Below are positions 9,754-19,971 of a stretch of 64,000 nucleotides of DNA, piece by piece. Every line of letters begins with the position of its first letter. The first letter of the stretch is position 1. The notes beneath the pieces were generated by a model. The model had not been told where the DNA came from. It did no database searches and saw only the letters and a list, made by a program, of their open reading frames with translations. A program made the translations under genes and the position numbers. The stretch is from an uncultured Chloroflexia bacterium (GTDB lineage Bacteria > Chloroflexota > Anaerolineae > Anaerolineales > UBA11858). The stretch is taken from assembly GCA_963827805.1 (NCBI GenBank), contig CAWHCC010000002.1, forward strand, positions 338,261 through 402,260, written 5' to 3'.

Positions 9754-10126
9754 ATGGCAAAAAAACTCATCCCCGTTTATACAACACATGGTGACCTGGG
9801 TGCTTATCTTTAATTATCCGTATCTCTATAACTCACAAGGTGAATGGATTGGATTTGTAACTAAAACTCGAGAAGTTTACTCGGTACTTGGAAATTATGT
9901 TGGAACCTTTACGGATGATCCCCGAATATTGCGTAGGCGTAGTTATGATTTTTCAAAACCACGCAAGAATCCGCCACCTCCTCAACCACGAATTACAGTG
10001 CCCGCGACAGTCCCCTTACCTCCTATGATGGCAGAACTCCCTTTTACGATGATTGATGTATTAGACGATGAACCTGAACGTTTGAGTACTGTTGATTTTG
10101 ATGAGTTGAGAGAGGATATGGAATAA
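9754..10126 (+). CDS. Hypothetical protein (possibly 4-fold beta-flower type); frameshift near 9810
   Basis: ATG 9754 MAKKLIPVYTTHGDLGAYL joins NYPYLYNSQGEWIG if one T is removed; repeated Y-x-x-x-G-x-x-x-G units. Confidence 0.7.
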
Positions 10127-10129
10127 CAG

Positions 10130-10612
10130 ATGACATCCACCCCTCAAGGAAAAAAGGTATCTGATAGCCGGGTTGTTCTGGCTCAATTGATGCAGCCCGT
10201 TCATGCCAATAATCACGGAAATGTGCATGGTGGTGAAATCATGCGTTTGGTGGATGAAGCTGGAGCTTTGGCCTGTATGCGTCATGCTGGACATCGTGTG
10301 GTAACAGTCGCGGTTGATCGTATGACTTTCAGGCAGCCTATCCAATTGGGCGATTTAGTTACGCTTTCAGCCGAGGTCAGTTATGTTGGCCGTACCTCGC
10401 TTGAAGCTGAGGTGCTCGTTACTGCAGAAAATCCAGTCACGGGGAATTGTGTGTATACCAATATCGCTTATTTGGTCTATGTGGCTCTTAATAGTGATGG
10501 CAAACCGGTTTCTGTCCCAGCTCTAATTCCTGAAACAGAGGAAGAGAAGGAGCGGATGGAAGAAGGAAAAGCCCGGCAAGAATATCGTCTGTCGAGGCGC
10601 GATCATCGGTAG
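10130..10612 (+). CDS. Acyl-CoA thioesterase (hotdog fold, YciA-like)
   Basis: HANNHGNVHGG...DE, VTV.VD, VGRTS motifs. Confidence 0.93.
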   Translation: MTSTPQGKKVSDSRVVLAQLMQPVHANNHGNVHGGEIMRLVDEAGALACMRHAGHRVVTVAVDRMTFRQPIQLGDLVTLSAEVSYVGRTSLEAEVLVTAENPVTGNCVYTNIAYLVYVALNSDGKPVSVPALIPETEEEKERMEEGKARQEYRLSRRDHR

Positions 10613-10620
10613 GAAATCTG

Positions 10621-11834
10621 ATGACTGACGAACAAGAATTTATCCCAGCAGAAGCATTTTCCGATCATAATGGTGAGGCTCAGCCCCTAGTGCGTTCGCT
10701 GAGAGAATTGATAGACCGCGTAACTGGACGGGATCTTGAGATTTCCCAAAAACAAGAAGACGCTGGTATAGCTGAAGTTGTACCTTTCCCCTTTTTAGCA
10801 CTTGTTGGACAGAGTGAGATGAAATTGGCTCTGCTGCTGGCAATGATCAATCCCGCCATTGGCGGGGCTTTATTAATTGGGCCGCGGGGAACTGGCAAAA
10901 CTACTGCCGTCCGCAGTCTGGTAGACCTTCTCCCAGAGGTGCCCCGTAGTTTATGTTATTATGGTTGTCTTCCAGAGGATGTGGAAATTGGTGGTATGGA
11001 TGCCATTTGCCCAGAGTGTGCCAAAAAGTTTGCCGCAGATGAACCCTTAGCCGCCTTGGATCGAGCCCGCCTCGTGGAACTGCCGCTCAATTCTCGGCTA
11101 GAAGATGTAATTGGCGGAGCAGACGAACGGGCGGTAATCCATGAACGTTATGCTCTGAGGAGAGGAATTCTCGCTCAGGCCGATCGCAACCTGCTTTATG
11201 TTGATGAAGTCAACCTGCTCAACGATGAGGTCATCGACGCCATCTTAGATGCGGCTTCACAGGGTCATTATGTTGTTCGGCGAGGTCCGGTTTCAGCCAC
11301 TTTCCGTTCGCGGTTTGCCCTGATTGGCTCAATGAATCCCGAAGAGGGCGACTGCGTCCGCAAATTATGGATCGTTTCGGTTTACGCGTGATTGTGCGGG
11401 GTTTACCCGATCCTTCCGAGCGATTAAAGGCGTACCAATATGTGCACGCTTATAACTCTAACCCGCGAGGTATGTCAGCGCAATTCGCCAAAGAAACCGC
11501 TATCGCCCAACAAGAAATTCAAATTGCCCGTGATGTATTGCCGCAAGTTGAGTTGCCGGATGATGTTGCTGAATTGGGATTGTCGCTGATCGAGAATTTG
11601 AAAATTGATTCGCTTAGAGCTGAGATCACCCTTTTCGAAACAGCCCGAGCCCATGCCATTGCCGATGGCCGCCTCAAAGTCGAACCAAGAGATCTCCACA
11701 TCGTGGCCCCCATTGCTCTGCGTTTGCGCAGGTCCGAATTTATGACGGAATATTTTACAGGCCAGGCTTCTGAGGAAAAGCAGATAACTAAGCTTCTCGA
11801 TAAGCTAATCCCTACCGAACTAGAAACAAAATAA
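10621..11834 (+). CDS. ChlI/BchI-like AAA+ ATPase; frameshift near 11347
   Basis: PFLALVGQ, Walker A GPRGTGKT, LYVDEVNLL; MNPEEG-RLRPQIMDRFG is restored by adding one G to the GGG run. Confidence 0.9.
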
Positions 11835-11857
11835 CTTCACCCAGGAGAAATTAAAGT

Positions 11858-12841
11858 ATGCAAATTACCCATCGAGAACGATTGGAGACCTGTTTGGCTG
11901 GAGAAAAACCAGATCGTTCACCGGTTGCTTTGTGGCGCCACTTCCCCGTTGATGATCAGACCCCCGAGGGGCTGGCTGCTGCAATCGTGAAATTTCAGCG
12001 TGAGTATGATTTTGATCTCGTCAAAGTAACGCCTGCATCCTCTTTTTGTTTGAAAGATTGGGGTATCCAGGACGAGTGGACGGGGGCGGAAGAAGGAACC
12101 CGAGATTATGTCAAACGCGTAATTCATCATCCTGAAGATTGGGAGAAACTCGAATTTTTGCCTCCAACTGAAGGACACCTTGGAGCGCAGTTGAAATGCC
12201 TGCGATATATTGTGAATGAAGTTGGTTCAGCCACTCCCGTGATCCAGACGATATTCAGTCCACTGTCTCAGGCTAAAAATTTAGTTGGTCCTGAAAAATT
12301 GTTGGTTCATTTGCGAAAATATCCAGATGCAATTCATGCCGGCCTGAAAACGATTACTGAGAATGTGCTCCAATTTACGGAAGCAGCTCTGAATACCGGC
12401 ATTGATGGTGTGTTTTATGCTGTCCAGCATGCCCAATACGGTCTGCTCTCCGAAGATGAGTATCTTATATTTAGCAAACAATATGATGTGGAGAGTTTAC
12501 AGCCTGCTCAAGCTGGCTGGTTGAATATGCTCCATTTGCATGGCGAGGATGTGATGTTTGATCAGGTAGCAGACCTACCCGTCCAGATTCTCAATTGGCA
12601 CGACCGAGAAACATGGCCTTCGTTAGCGGAAGCCACAGAACGTTTCCCCGGTGCGCTGTGTGGTGGTTTGCGCCGATATGAGTTAATAATGCTGGGGACA
12701 CCTGACGAGATCAAGTCTGAAGCTCGAGATGCCATCGAGGCTACCAATGGAACGCGTTTTATTTTGGGTACCGGTTGTGTAACGCCAATTAAGGTTCCAC
12801 ACGGCAATTTGTTAGCGGCACGCAAGGCGGTTGAGATTTAG
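11858..12841 (+). CDS. URO-D/MtaA-CmuA superfamily enzyme
   Basis: N-terminal THRER...PDR.PV, MLHLHG, FILGTGC; lacks the HemE MRQAGR motif. Confidence 0.8.
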   Translation: MQITHRERLETCLAGEKPDRSPVALWRHFPVDDQTPEGLAAAIVKFQREYDFDLVKVTPASSFCLKDWGIQDEWTGAEEGTRDYVKRVIHHPEDWEKLEFLPPTEGHLGAQLKCLRYIVNEVGSATPVIQTIFSPLSQAKNLVGPEKLLVHLRKYPDAIHAGLKTITENVLQFTEAALNTGIDGVFYAVQHAQYGLLSEDEYLIFSKQYDVESLQPAQAGWLNMLHLHGEDVMFDQVADLPVQILNWHDRETWPSLAEATERFPGALCGGLRRYELIMLGTPDEIKSEARDAIEATNGTRFILGTGCVTPIKVPHGNLLAARKAVEI

Positions 12842-12844
12842 TAG

Positions 12845-13406
12845 ATGAGTACTCTCCGTGTAATATCCGGTAGTGCCCGCGGCCGTAGATTAAAAACGGT
12901 CCCTGGGGATACAACCCGCCCGATCACCGACCGGGTTAAGAATTGCTATTCAATATAATTGGACCCGATGTGCAAGATGCAGTTATACTGGATTTGTTTG
13001 CAGGCACCGGGGCTGTTGGGATTGAAGCGCTCAGCCGTGGGGCGGAATATGTCCGTTTTATCGATAAAAATCGGTTGCCCATTTAAAGGTAGTGCGAGAA
13101 AATCTCAAAACTACGGATTTGACCCATAAATCCGAAGTTATCCAAATGGACGCTTTTGTAGCCTTGAGAGGGGAAATCGATAGAAAATTTGATTATGTAT
13201 ATATTGCTCCACCGCAATATAAAGGAATGTGGAAGCGAGCCTTAGAACTGCTGGATACCCTGCCTGATTGGATGGTGGAAGATGCTTGGGTAATAGTACA
13301 AATTCACCCCATAGAGTTTGAGCCAGTAACCCTGCAAAACTTGGTAGAATTTGATCAGCGCCGTTATGGGAGTACATTACTGATTTTTTATGAAATAATG
13401 AATTAA
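12845..13406 (+). CDS. rsmD: 16S rRNA m2G966 methyltransferase; frameshifts near 12938 and 13084
   Basis: MSTLRVISGSARGRRL...TRPITDRVK, LDLFAGTGAVGIEALSRGA, RRYG. Confidence 0.88.
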
Positions 13407-13493
13407 CTTATCGGATTTATTGCTACTCCGATTCTGCTTTAGAATCTCCAAAACAAGTTTCGACTTTCTCAAATATTTAGCAGGAGCCATTGG

Positions 13494-14685
13494 ATGATTG
13501 AACAACCTATTGACCCCAAAGTAATCCTTCAACAGGCGTTTCCGGGTATTCCTGCTAAAGAAGCCCAAGATATGGCTGCAATAGGAAAAGTCGAAACTTA
13601 TGATTTCAGGCATCATCCTCTGCCGAGAGGGGGTTAGAGAAAACACATTTTATATCCTTTTGGCTGGGGAGGTAAAGGTAACCAAAGTAATTCATCACGA
13701 ACAAGATCGTCTGCTTAAGCATTTGCATCCCGGCGATTTTTTTGGCGAAATGGGCTTAATCCATAATGCACCCAGGGCTGCATCTGTAACTACCACAAAA
13801 TCAACCACTGTTTTGTGCATCAATAAATCCGATTTCGATAAATTATTACAGCGCAGTTCTTCGGTATCCATGGCGATGGTGCGGGAGGTTAGTCGCAGAT
13901 TGCGCGAGAATGACGAAATGACCATCGAGGACTTGCGTCTGAAAGCGGGGGAATTAGCAGCCGCATATCAACGTTTGGCTCAAGAGGAATTTGCTCGGCG
14001 CGAGTTTCTGACATCAATTGCTCATGAATTGCGAACACCTTTAACCGCGGCGGGTGGATTTCTAGAGATGGCCCGGAACAAAATGTTGGAAGGGGAAGCG
14101 TTGGAAATGGCGATTGATACAGTCTCCCGAAATGTGGGTCAGATTGTTTCATTGGTAAATGATATTCTCTTTTTGCAAGAAGTTGAGTTGGTTTTACCCG
14201 AGCTGCACCCCACTGATATGGGTAAGGTCGTTTCAACAGCTGTTGAGGTGGTTCGGGAAAAAGCAGATCTAAACCAGGTGCGGCTGCTTTTAGATATTCA
14301 ACCTGATTTACCGCTGGTTTGCGGACATTACAAGAGTTTAGAGCGTGCCACGGTGATGGTGTTGGATAATGCTGTAAAGTTTAGCCTAAATGGAGGGGAT
14401 GTCGCCATTTCTGTTGATGAAAATGATGAATATGTGTATGTGACCATCCGGGATGAGGGCATTGGCATTCCCCAAGCCGCGTTGCCCAATATCTTTGAGC
14501 GTTTTTACCATGTGGAAGAATTTGGCGATGAGTTGTTTGGTGGATTGGGACTGGGATTGGCAATCACTCGCCAAGTAATTGAACAGCATGGTGGGAAAAT
14601 TGAAGTTGAAAGCATGCCAAATGAGGGGAGTACCTTCAGACTTTATTTATCGACACAGGTGGAATGTAAAGAACTAAAGGTATAA
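13494..14685 (+). CDS. Cytoplasmic cNMP-binding sensor histidine kinase; frameshift near 13603
   Basis: AGGAG SD and ATG 13494; cNMP fold GDFFGEMG...PRAAS; H-box HELRTPL; N, G1, F, G2 boxes. Confidence 0.9.
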
Positions 14686-14742
14686 ACAGCTGTTTCTGTT
14701 CACGCAAAAATCTATTTTTCCGGATGCCGATAACCTCTGATT

Positions 14743-15247
14743 TTATTCCCCAAAACTGATTTGTAATTTACCTTCGTGATCATAAACGTAAAGGGCAGAA
14801 AAGGGTGCTGCGGCTTTATCTGCTTCTAGAACTTTTGGAAGCAAAGTATGCAGATCTTCAACCAGTGGGAGTTCAAAAACTTGGTTGAGCGGAACCCACT
14901 CTAAAGCACCCTCCTGTGATGGAATGAGTTCTCCTGACGAAAATTCTCCCCGATAAACAAAAATTCCAATCCCGCGATTTTCCCCCGTGTCAATGGTTAC
15001 GGTTCCACAAAGCCAGATTTTTGATGAGGCTAATCCGGTTTCCTCTTCTAATTCTCGTTTGGCTGCAGAGAGCACATCTTCACCCCGTTCGATATGACCG
15101 CCAATGCCATTATAAAGATTGGCCCAGAGACGCTTGTGAGCGGCACCCTTAATGAGCAGGATTTCATTCCCGCGAATTAGGAAAATTAAAAGTACGGGGG
15201 ATCAGTGAGTAACGATTGGTAGTGATGCCTTGATCAGATACCGGCAT
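14743..15247 (-). CDS. NUDIX hydrolase; frameshift near 15190
   Basis: Nudix box GGHIERGEDVLSAAKRELEEETG; MPVSDQG start at 15247. Confidence 0.88.
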
Positions 15248-15256
15248 AATTAAAAA

Positions 15257-15285
15257 TTAGGGGCGTAATCGAATTACGCCCCTAA
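15257..15285 (-). terminator. Hairpin downstream of fba
   Basis: TTAGGGGCGTAAT-cga-ATTACGCCCCTAA, 13-bp stem, followed by a T-run on the minus strand. Confidence 0.7.
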
Positions 15286-15305
15286 CCCGCCAAACTGATA
15301 ATGAG

Positions 15306-16256
15306 TTATTTTGCAAGTGCTATGCGAACTTTTTCTAGTTGTCCGGCGCTGCCGAGGAATTTATTCTTGTTGGCGATAAATTTTGCGTATTCAGTCATAA
15401 AAACTTTTCCAGGCGGACGCAGATCGAAATTTTCTGGTTTCTCGTTGAAAAATTCGCGATGTACACGCGTCCAAACCAGGCGGCCGTCGGTATCGATATT
15501 GATCTTGGTGACACCTAATGTGGCAGCTTTTTTGAATTGGTTAGCATCCACACCTTTTGCGCCGAGAAGTTTGCCGCCGGCAGCATTGATTCGCTCAACT
15601 TCTTCTTGTGGTACGGAGCTGCTTCCGTGCATCACCAGTGGGAAACCAGGCAAACGTTTCTGAATATCAGCCAGCACGTCGAATTGTAATCCTTGGGTGC
15701 CGCTAAATTTGAAAGCCCCATGACTGGTGCCAATGGCACAAGCCAACGAGTCAACACCGGTGCGTTCTACGAATTCTTTGGCTTGATCCGGGTCAGTTAA
15801 TTTGGCATCGGCTTCATCCACCGCCACATGCTCTTCTACACCACCTAACATCCCTAATTCGGCTTCGACCACCACACCCTTTGCGTGGGCATAATCCACC
15901 ACACGCTTGGTTATGGCAATATTCTCTTCAAATTCCTCATGGCTGGCGTCGATCATCACGGAACTGTAAAAGCCGCTGTCAACACAATCGTAACAAGTCT
16001 CCTCGTCGCCATGATCCAGATGAACGGCAAAAATTGCTTCTGGGAAAATCTCATCTGCACTGCGGATCAACCCCTCCAACATTGTTTTGTGCGTGTAGGA
16101 TCGAGCGCCTTTGCTAATTTGAATAATAAAGGGCGCTTGGCTATCCAGGTTGCCCCGAAACAAACCCATGGTCTGCTCTAGATTATTAATATTGTAGGCT
16201 CCGATGCCGTATTTTCCATAGGCAGCCTCGAACAGTTTCTTGGTGGTTACAATCAT
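15306..16256 (-). CDS. fba: Fructose-1,6-bisphosphate aldolase class II
   Basis: HLDHG, SSVMIDAS, VEAELG, GTSHG, LVMHG, KINIDTD. Confidence 0.97.
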   Translation of the reverse strand: MIVTTKKLFEAAYGKYGIGAYNINNLEQTMGLFRGNLDSQAPFIIQISKGARSYTHKTMLEGLIRSADEIFPEAIFAVHLDHGDEETCYDCVDSGFYSSVMIDASHEEFEENIAITKRVVDYAHAKGVVVEAELGMLGGVEEHVAVDEADAKLTDPDQAKEFVERTGVDSLACAIGTSHGAFKFSGTQGLQFDVLADIQKRLPGFPLVMHGSSSVPQEEVERINAAGGKLLGAKGVDANQFKKAATLGVTKINIDTDGRLVWTRVHREFFNEKPENFDLRPPGKVFMTEYAKFIANKNKFLGSAGQLEKVRIALAK

Positions 16257-16412
16257 TAGAATCTCCTTCTTAGATTTAATATTATTTCAAGGGAATATTT
16301 TTAGCCCGCAGTATTATAATCGAATTAGAAATATTATTGGTGGAATAAATGCAGATTTGGATGATGTACTGATGCATGTAGGCGGTTTCAGTTTATTGAA
16401 GGAAGTGAAATT

Positions 16413-18205
16413 ATGAAATCAATCCCGTTGATAATTCTGAGTTTGGTTTTGTGATTTTTCTACTCATGGCATGTAATGCTGAAGGTGAAATAATACCAGA
16501 TTCAAGTAACGAGATTTTTGTGTCTGTGGTAATCGGCCATGTGACCGTTGAAGTTTTGGATGTACAGCTTCGAAATAGTGTGCAAAATTATTATTTGATG
16601 TACTACCCAAAGCCTGATCACACGTATTTGGAAGTGGTACTAAGCATAGAAGATTTAGACGCCTCCCCAGAAAACACGCTCGATTGGGGTGCCGAGAATT
16701 TCTGTTTGATGTGCGAAGGGCAGGCTGCCGAGTTAGTTTTCCCGCGCCGTGTGATTGCAGACGAGCATATCGAATATAAAGCTGGAGAGAAACTAAATTA
16801 CGATTATGTTTACATCTTCAGTGTTTTGGATGAGGCCGATTTTGCTACCTGTGATTTGACATTTTCAGATGGTCAGTCTGTGAATTTAGCCTCAATTTTA
16901 GAGGTACCCGCTGATTTTTCATCAACAACCCAATCTGAGGAAAAAGGTACAGTTTTGAGTGGAGAAGACAACTTGGCATTCGGAGAAAATTCCGTGGTCA
17001 GTGGCGGCTCACAAAATTCTGCCAATGCGATTTATGCCACAGTCGCTGGGGGAAATATGAATTTAGCGGTCACTTCCCATGCCACTGTTGGCGGCGGCCG
17101 GGAAAACACCGCGACAAATTTTTATGCCACAGTGGGCGGCGGTTACGCAAACAATGCCAGTGTGCGCGATACTTTTATTGGGGGCGGCAGCCGCAACATA
17201 GCCGGCGGTCCGCGTTCCTCTGTGGGTGGTGGTATCCAAAATCAGGCTACTGCACCAGACACGGTGATTGCTGGAGGTGCCTATAACCAGGCCACCGATG
17301 ACTATGCTTTTGTGGGTGGCGGCACCCAAAATATGGCTACTGGCTATGCGTCCGTGATCGGTGGCGGCGCGGGAAATTTTGCCAGCACTGACCAGGCAAC
17401 GATCTCCGGGGGGCTGGGTAATCAAGTTGAAGGTATCTATGGCGCAGTGGGAGGTGGTTATCGAAATTTGGTTGTAGGTGATTACGCCGCAATCCCTGGT
17501 GGTTCTGAAAATAAAGCTGGCGGCGATTATAGTTTCGCATCGGGTCAGCAGGCAGTAATATCAACAGAGCATCCTGGCTCCTTTGTCTATGCCGATGCTA
17601 CAAATATGGAATTCCCATCTATTACAGCCAATGAATTTGCCGTGCGAGCAACCGGGGGTGTGCGTTTTATTAGTGCGGTGAATGCTGATGGGGAGGCACT
17701 TTCTGGGGTTCTACTCCCCCCTGGCAGCGGATCGTGGACCACCCTCAGTGATCAATCTGCTAAAACTGATATAACTCCTGTCAATCCGCAGGCCATTTTA
17801 TTTTCGGTAGTTGACATGCCAATTACCAGTTGGAGCTACCGGGGTCAGGAAAATGGTGTACGCCATATTGGTCCGATGGCGCAAATCTTTTATGCTGCTT
17901 TTGGCTTAGGGGCGAGTGAGCGTTATATCAGCACGGTGGATGCTGATGGTGTTGCGCTGGCCGCCATTCAAGGATTGTATGAGATTGTTCAACAACAAAA
18001 TTCCCTGATTCAAACGCAGAATGACCGCTTAACTGAAATTGAAAGCCGGATGATAGAACTGGATCAATTGATTAATGAACAAAAAAAATCCCAAACAAGT
18101 TATTTTCTGTGGTTGGGGTGGGGCATGGTGTTTGGCTGTATTATTTTGAGTGTCTGGAAAAAAGGCTTACTTTATATCTCGGGATTTTCAAGCCTTAAAC
18201 CATGA
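16413..18205 (+). CDS. Surface lipoprotein with 15-aa Gly-Gly repeats, Peptidase_S74 intramolecular chaperone, coiled coil and C-terminal TM; frameshift near 16447
   Basis: MKSIPLIIL...LLMAC lipobox; 12 GG.xN repeats; WTTLSDQSAK...W.Y...HIGPMAQ; hydrophobic YFLWLGWGMVFGCIILSVW then KK. Confidence 0.85.
16994..17533 (+). repeat. 12 x 45-bp degenerate coding tandem repeat
   Basis: VVSGGSQNSANAIYA, TVAGGNMNLAVTSHA ... AIPGGSENKAGGDYS. Confidence 0.9.
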
Positions 18206-18852
18206 CCGCGCACGGTAACCACATAAGAATGTTCAGGATCTATAGAAGCTAATCGATCGCGCAAGCGTCTAACCAGCGCATCTAAGGCTTGTTCAGAAAC
18301 TCCAATGGCATCCTCCTCACCCCAGACATCTGAAACCAGTTGTTCCCTCAGGATGATTTCTCCATTGGACTCGTAAAGTGCTGCCAATAATCGATACTGA
18401 GAAACTGAGAGAGGTGGCAGCACTTCTTGATCCATTATCCAAACTCGACGAGATCGTTTATCAATCCGCAGGCGTTTTTGTTCTAAAACTTCCGGAGGAA
18501 CGGAATCTTCTTTATCGAGGGGCAAGGTCGCATCTGCGCTGAGATATACAAATTTTTGTGCCAGTGCAATTTGAACAACATCCCCGTCTTTTAGCAATAC
18601 CGGCCCTGTAACTATTTTTCCATTACGATGCGTACCATTTTTTGACCCCAAATCTTCTAAAAGCACCCCTTCTGAAGCGCGCGTCAACCGAGCGTGCCTC
18701 CTAGATACCTGACGATTTATTACAGGGACGTCACAGTTCGCATCTCGTCCGATCAATAGGCTGTTGTCCAGCATCCAGCGTTGTCCGTCTAGATGGCCTT
18801 CGTAACCCACTAATACGGGAACTTCTTCGTTACTTTGAAAAATTTCCTCCAT
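18172..18852 (-). CDS. FHA domain plus OmpR-type winged-helix regulator
   Basis: FHA: IGR...VSRRHA...DLGSKNGT; Trans_reg_C: LDALVRRLR...TVRGHG. Confidence 0.92.
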   Translation of the reverse strand: MEEIFQSNEEVPVLVGYEGHLDGQRWMLDNSLLIGRDANCDVPVINRQVSRRHARLTRASEGVLLEDLGSKNGTHRNGKIVTGPVLLKDGDVVQIALAQKFVYLSADATLPLDKEDSVPPEVLEQKRLRIDKRSRRVWIMDQEVLPPLSVSQYRLLAALYESNGEIILREQLVSDVWGEEDAIGVSEQALDALVRRLRDRLASIDPEHSYVVTVRGHGLRLENPEI

Positions 18853-18967
18853 AAGGCAATATTTATTATTTTCCTAAATTATTGATAAAACTTAAAGAAT
18901 TGCACTGGCGTGATCTTGTGGTGTGAGTATAATATCACAAAATTTGCTGTGAGTTAAATTTTTGAAA

Positions 18968-19960
18968 ATGCCAAAACCGCTAAAAGCAGGAGATCTACTT
19001 AAAGAACGTTACACCATCCTTCGAATTATTGGACAAGGTGGTATGGGTAGCGTGTACCTGGCTGACGATTTGCGTCTACAGGGACGTCAAACGGCGATCA
19101 AAGAGGTTTTCCATGATCAGGCGTTGCCAGAGGAGCAATTAGAACAAGCCCGTGATCAATTTAAACGGGAAGCGACCGTTTTAGCACGCTTGGATCATCC
19201 GAACCTTCCAAAAGTATCAGACTTTTTTTCGATTGATGAGCGTGATTATTTGGTAATGGACTATGTGCCAGGTAAGGATCTCAGCACCCTGATGACCGCG
19301 GCGCGCCTCAAGAAAAAATTTCTTGGAGAGCGCGATGTTCTCGGTTGGGCCGGACAGTTGTCCGAAGCGCTCGCCTATCTTCACAATCAGGATCCTCCCA
19401 TCGTTCACCGAGATATCAAACCGAGTAACCTGAAACTCACTCCAGACGGGGTCATCAAATTGGTGGATTTTGGTCTCGTTAAAATATTGGCATCCACCGA
19501 TGAAGTTACAATAACGGTGGTGCAAGGACGTGGCACTGCCACCTATACTCCGCTAGAGCAATATGGGGGTGATGCAGGGCACACAGATGTCCGCAGCGAT
19601 ATTTTCTCGTTTGGCGCCACACTTTACCACTTATTGACAAATCGAGCTCCGGAAGAAGCTCGCGATCGCTTCTTAAATCCAGAGATTTTGGTTGCGCCGC
19701 GGGATTTGAATGCTGATATTAGTCCGCGAACAGAGCGTGCGGTATTTTGGGCAATGAATTTGCACCCCGATGAGAGGCCTCAAAGCATTCACCAGTTTAG
19801 ACAAGCGCTACTCGGAGATTGGAATCCCGCTCAACAACCTCGTCGTGCCCTGCCAACACCCAGCCTTATTGATTTGCTCTCATCTCCAGTAGAAAGAGCT
19901 CTGATCTGGATTTCATTGGGGATGCTTTTTTTGAGTTTGATTGCAACGCTCTGGTGGTAG
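18968..19960 (+). CDS. Hanks-type Ser/Thr protein kinase with C-terminal TM
   Basis: IGQGGMGSVY, AIKE, HRDIKPSN, DFG, SDIFSFG; ends in a hydrophobic helix. Confidence 0.96.
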   Translation: MPKPLKAGDLLKERYTILRIIGQGGMGSVYLADDLRLQGRQTAIKEVFHDQALPEEQLEQARDQFKREATVLARLDHPNLPKVSDFFSIDERDYLVMDYVPGKDLSTLMTAARLKKKFLGERDVLGWAGQLSEALAYLHNQDPPIVHRDIKPSNLKLTPDGVIKLVDFGLVKILASTDEVTITVVQGRGTATYTPLEQYGGDAGHTDVRSDIFSFGATLYHLLTNRAPEEARDRFLNPEILVAPRDLNADISPRTERAVFWAMNLHPDERPQSIHQFRQALLGDWNPAQQPRRALPTPSLIDLLSSPVERALIWISLGMLFLSLIATLWW

Positions 19961-19971
19961 CTAAAAACGAT

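Noticed and set aside
10621-11834. Evidence for phototrophy from the ChlI-like gene
   Set aside because: No bch, puf or chlH genes here; ChlI-like ATPases are widespread in non-phototrophs.
16994-17533. 45-bp periodicity as a CRISPR array
   Set aside because: Conservation is at protein level inside an open frame; there are no identical repeats with unique spacers and no cas genes.
16413-18205. Prophage tail fibre
   Set aside because: No phage structural, integrase or lysis genes nearby; the protein has host-type membrane anchors.
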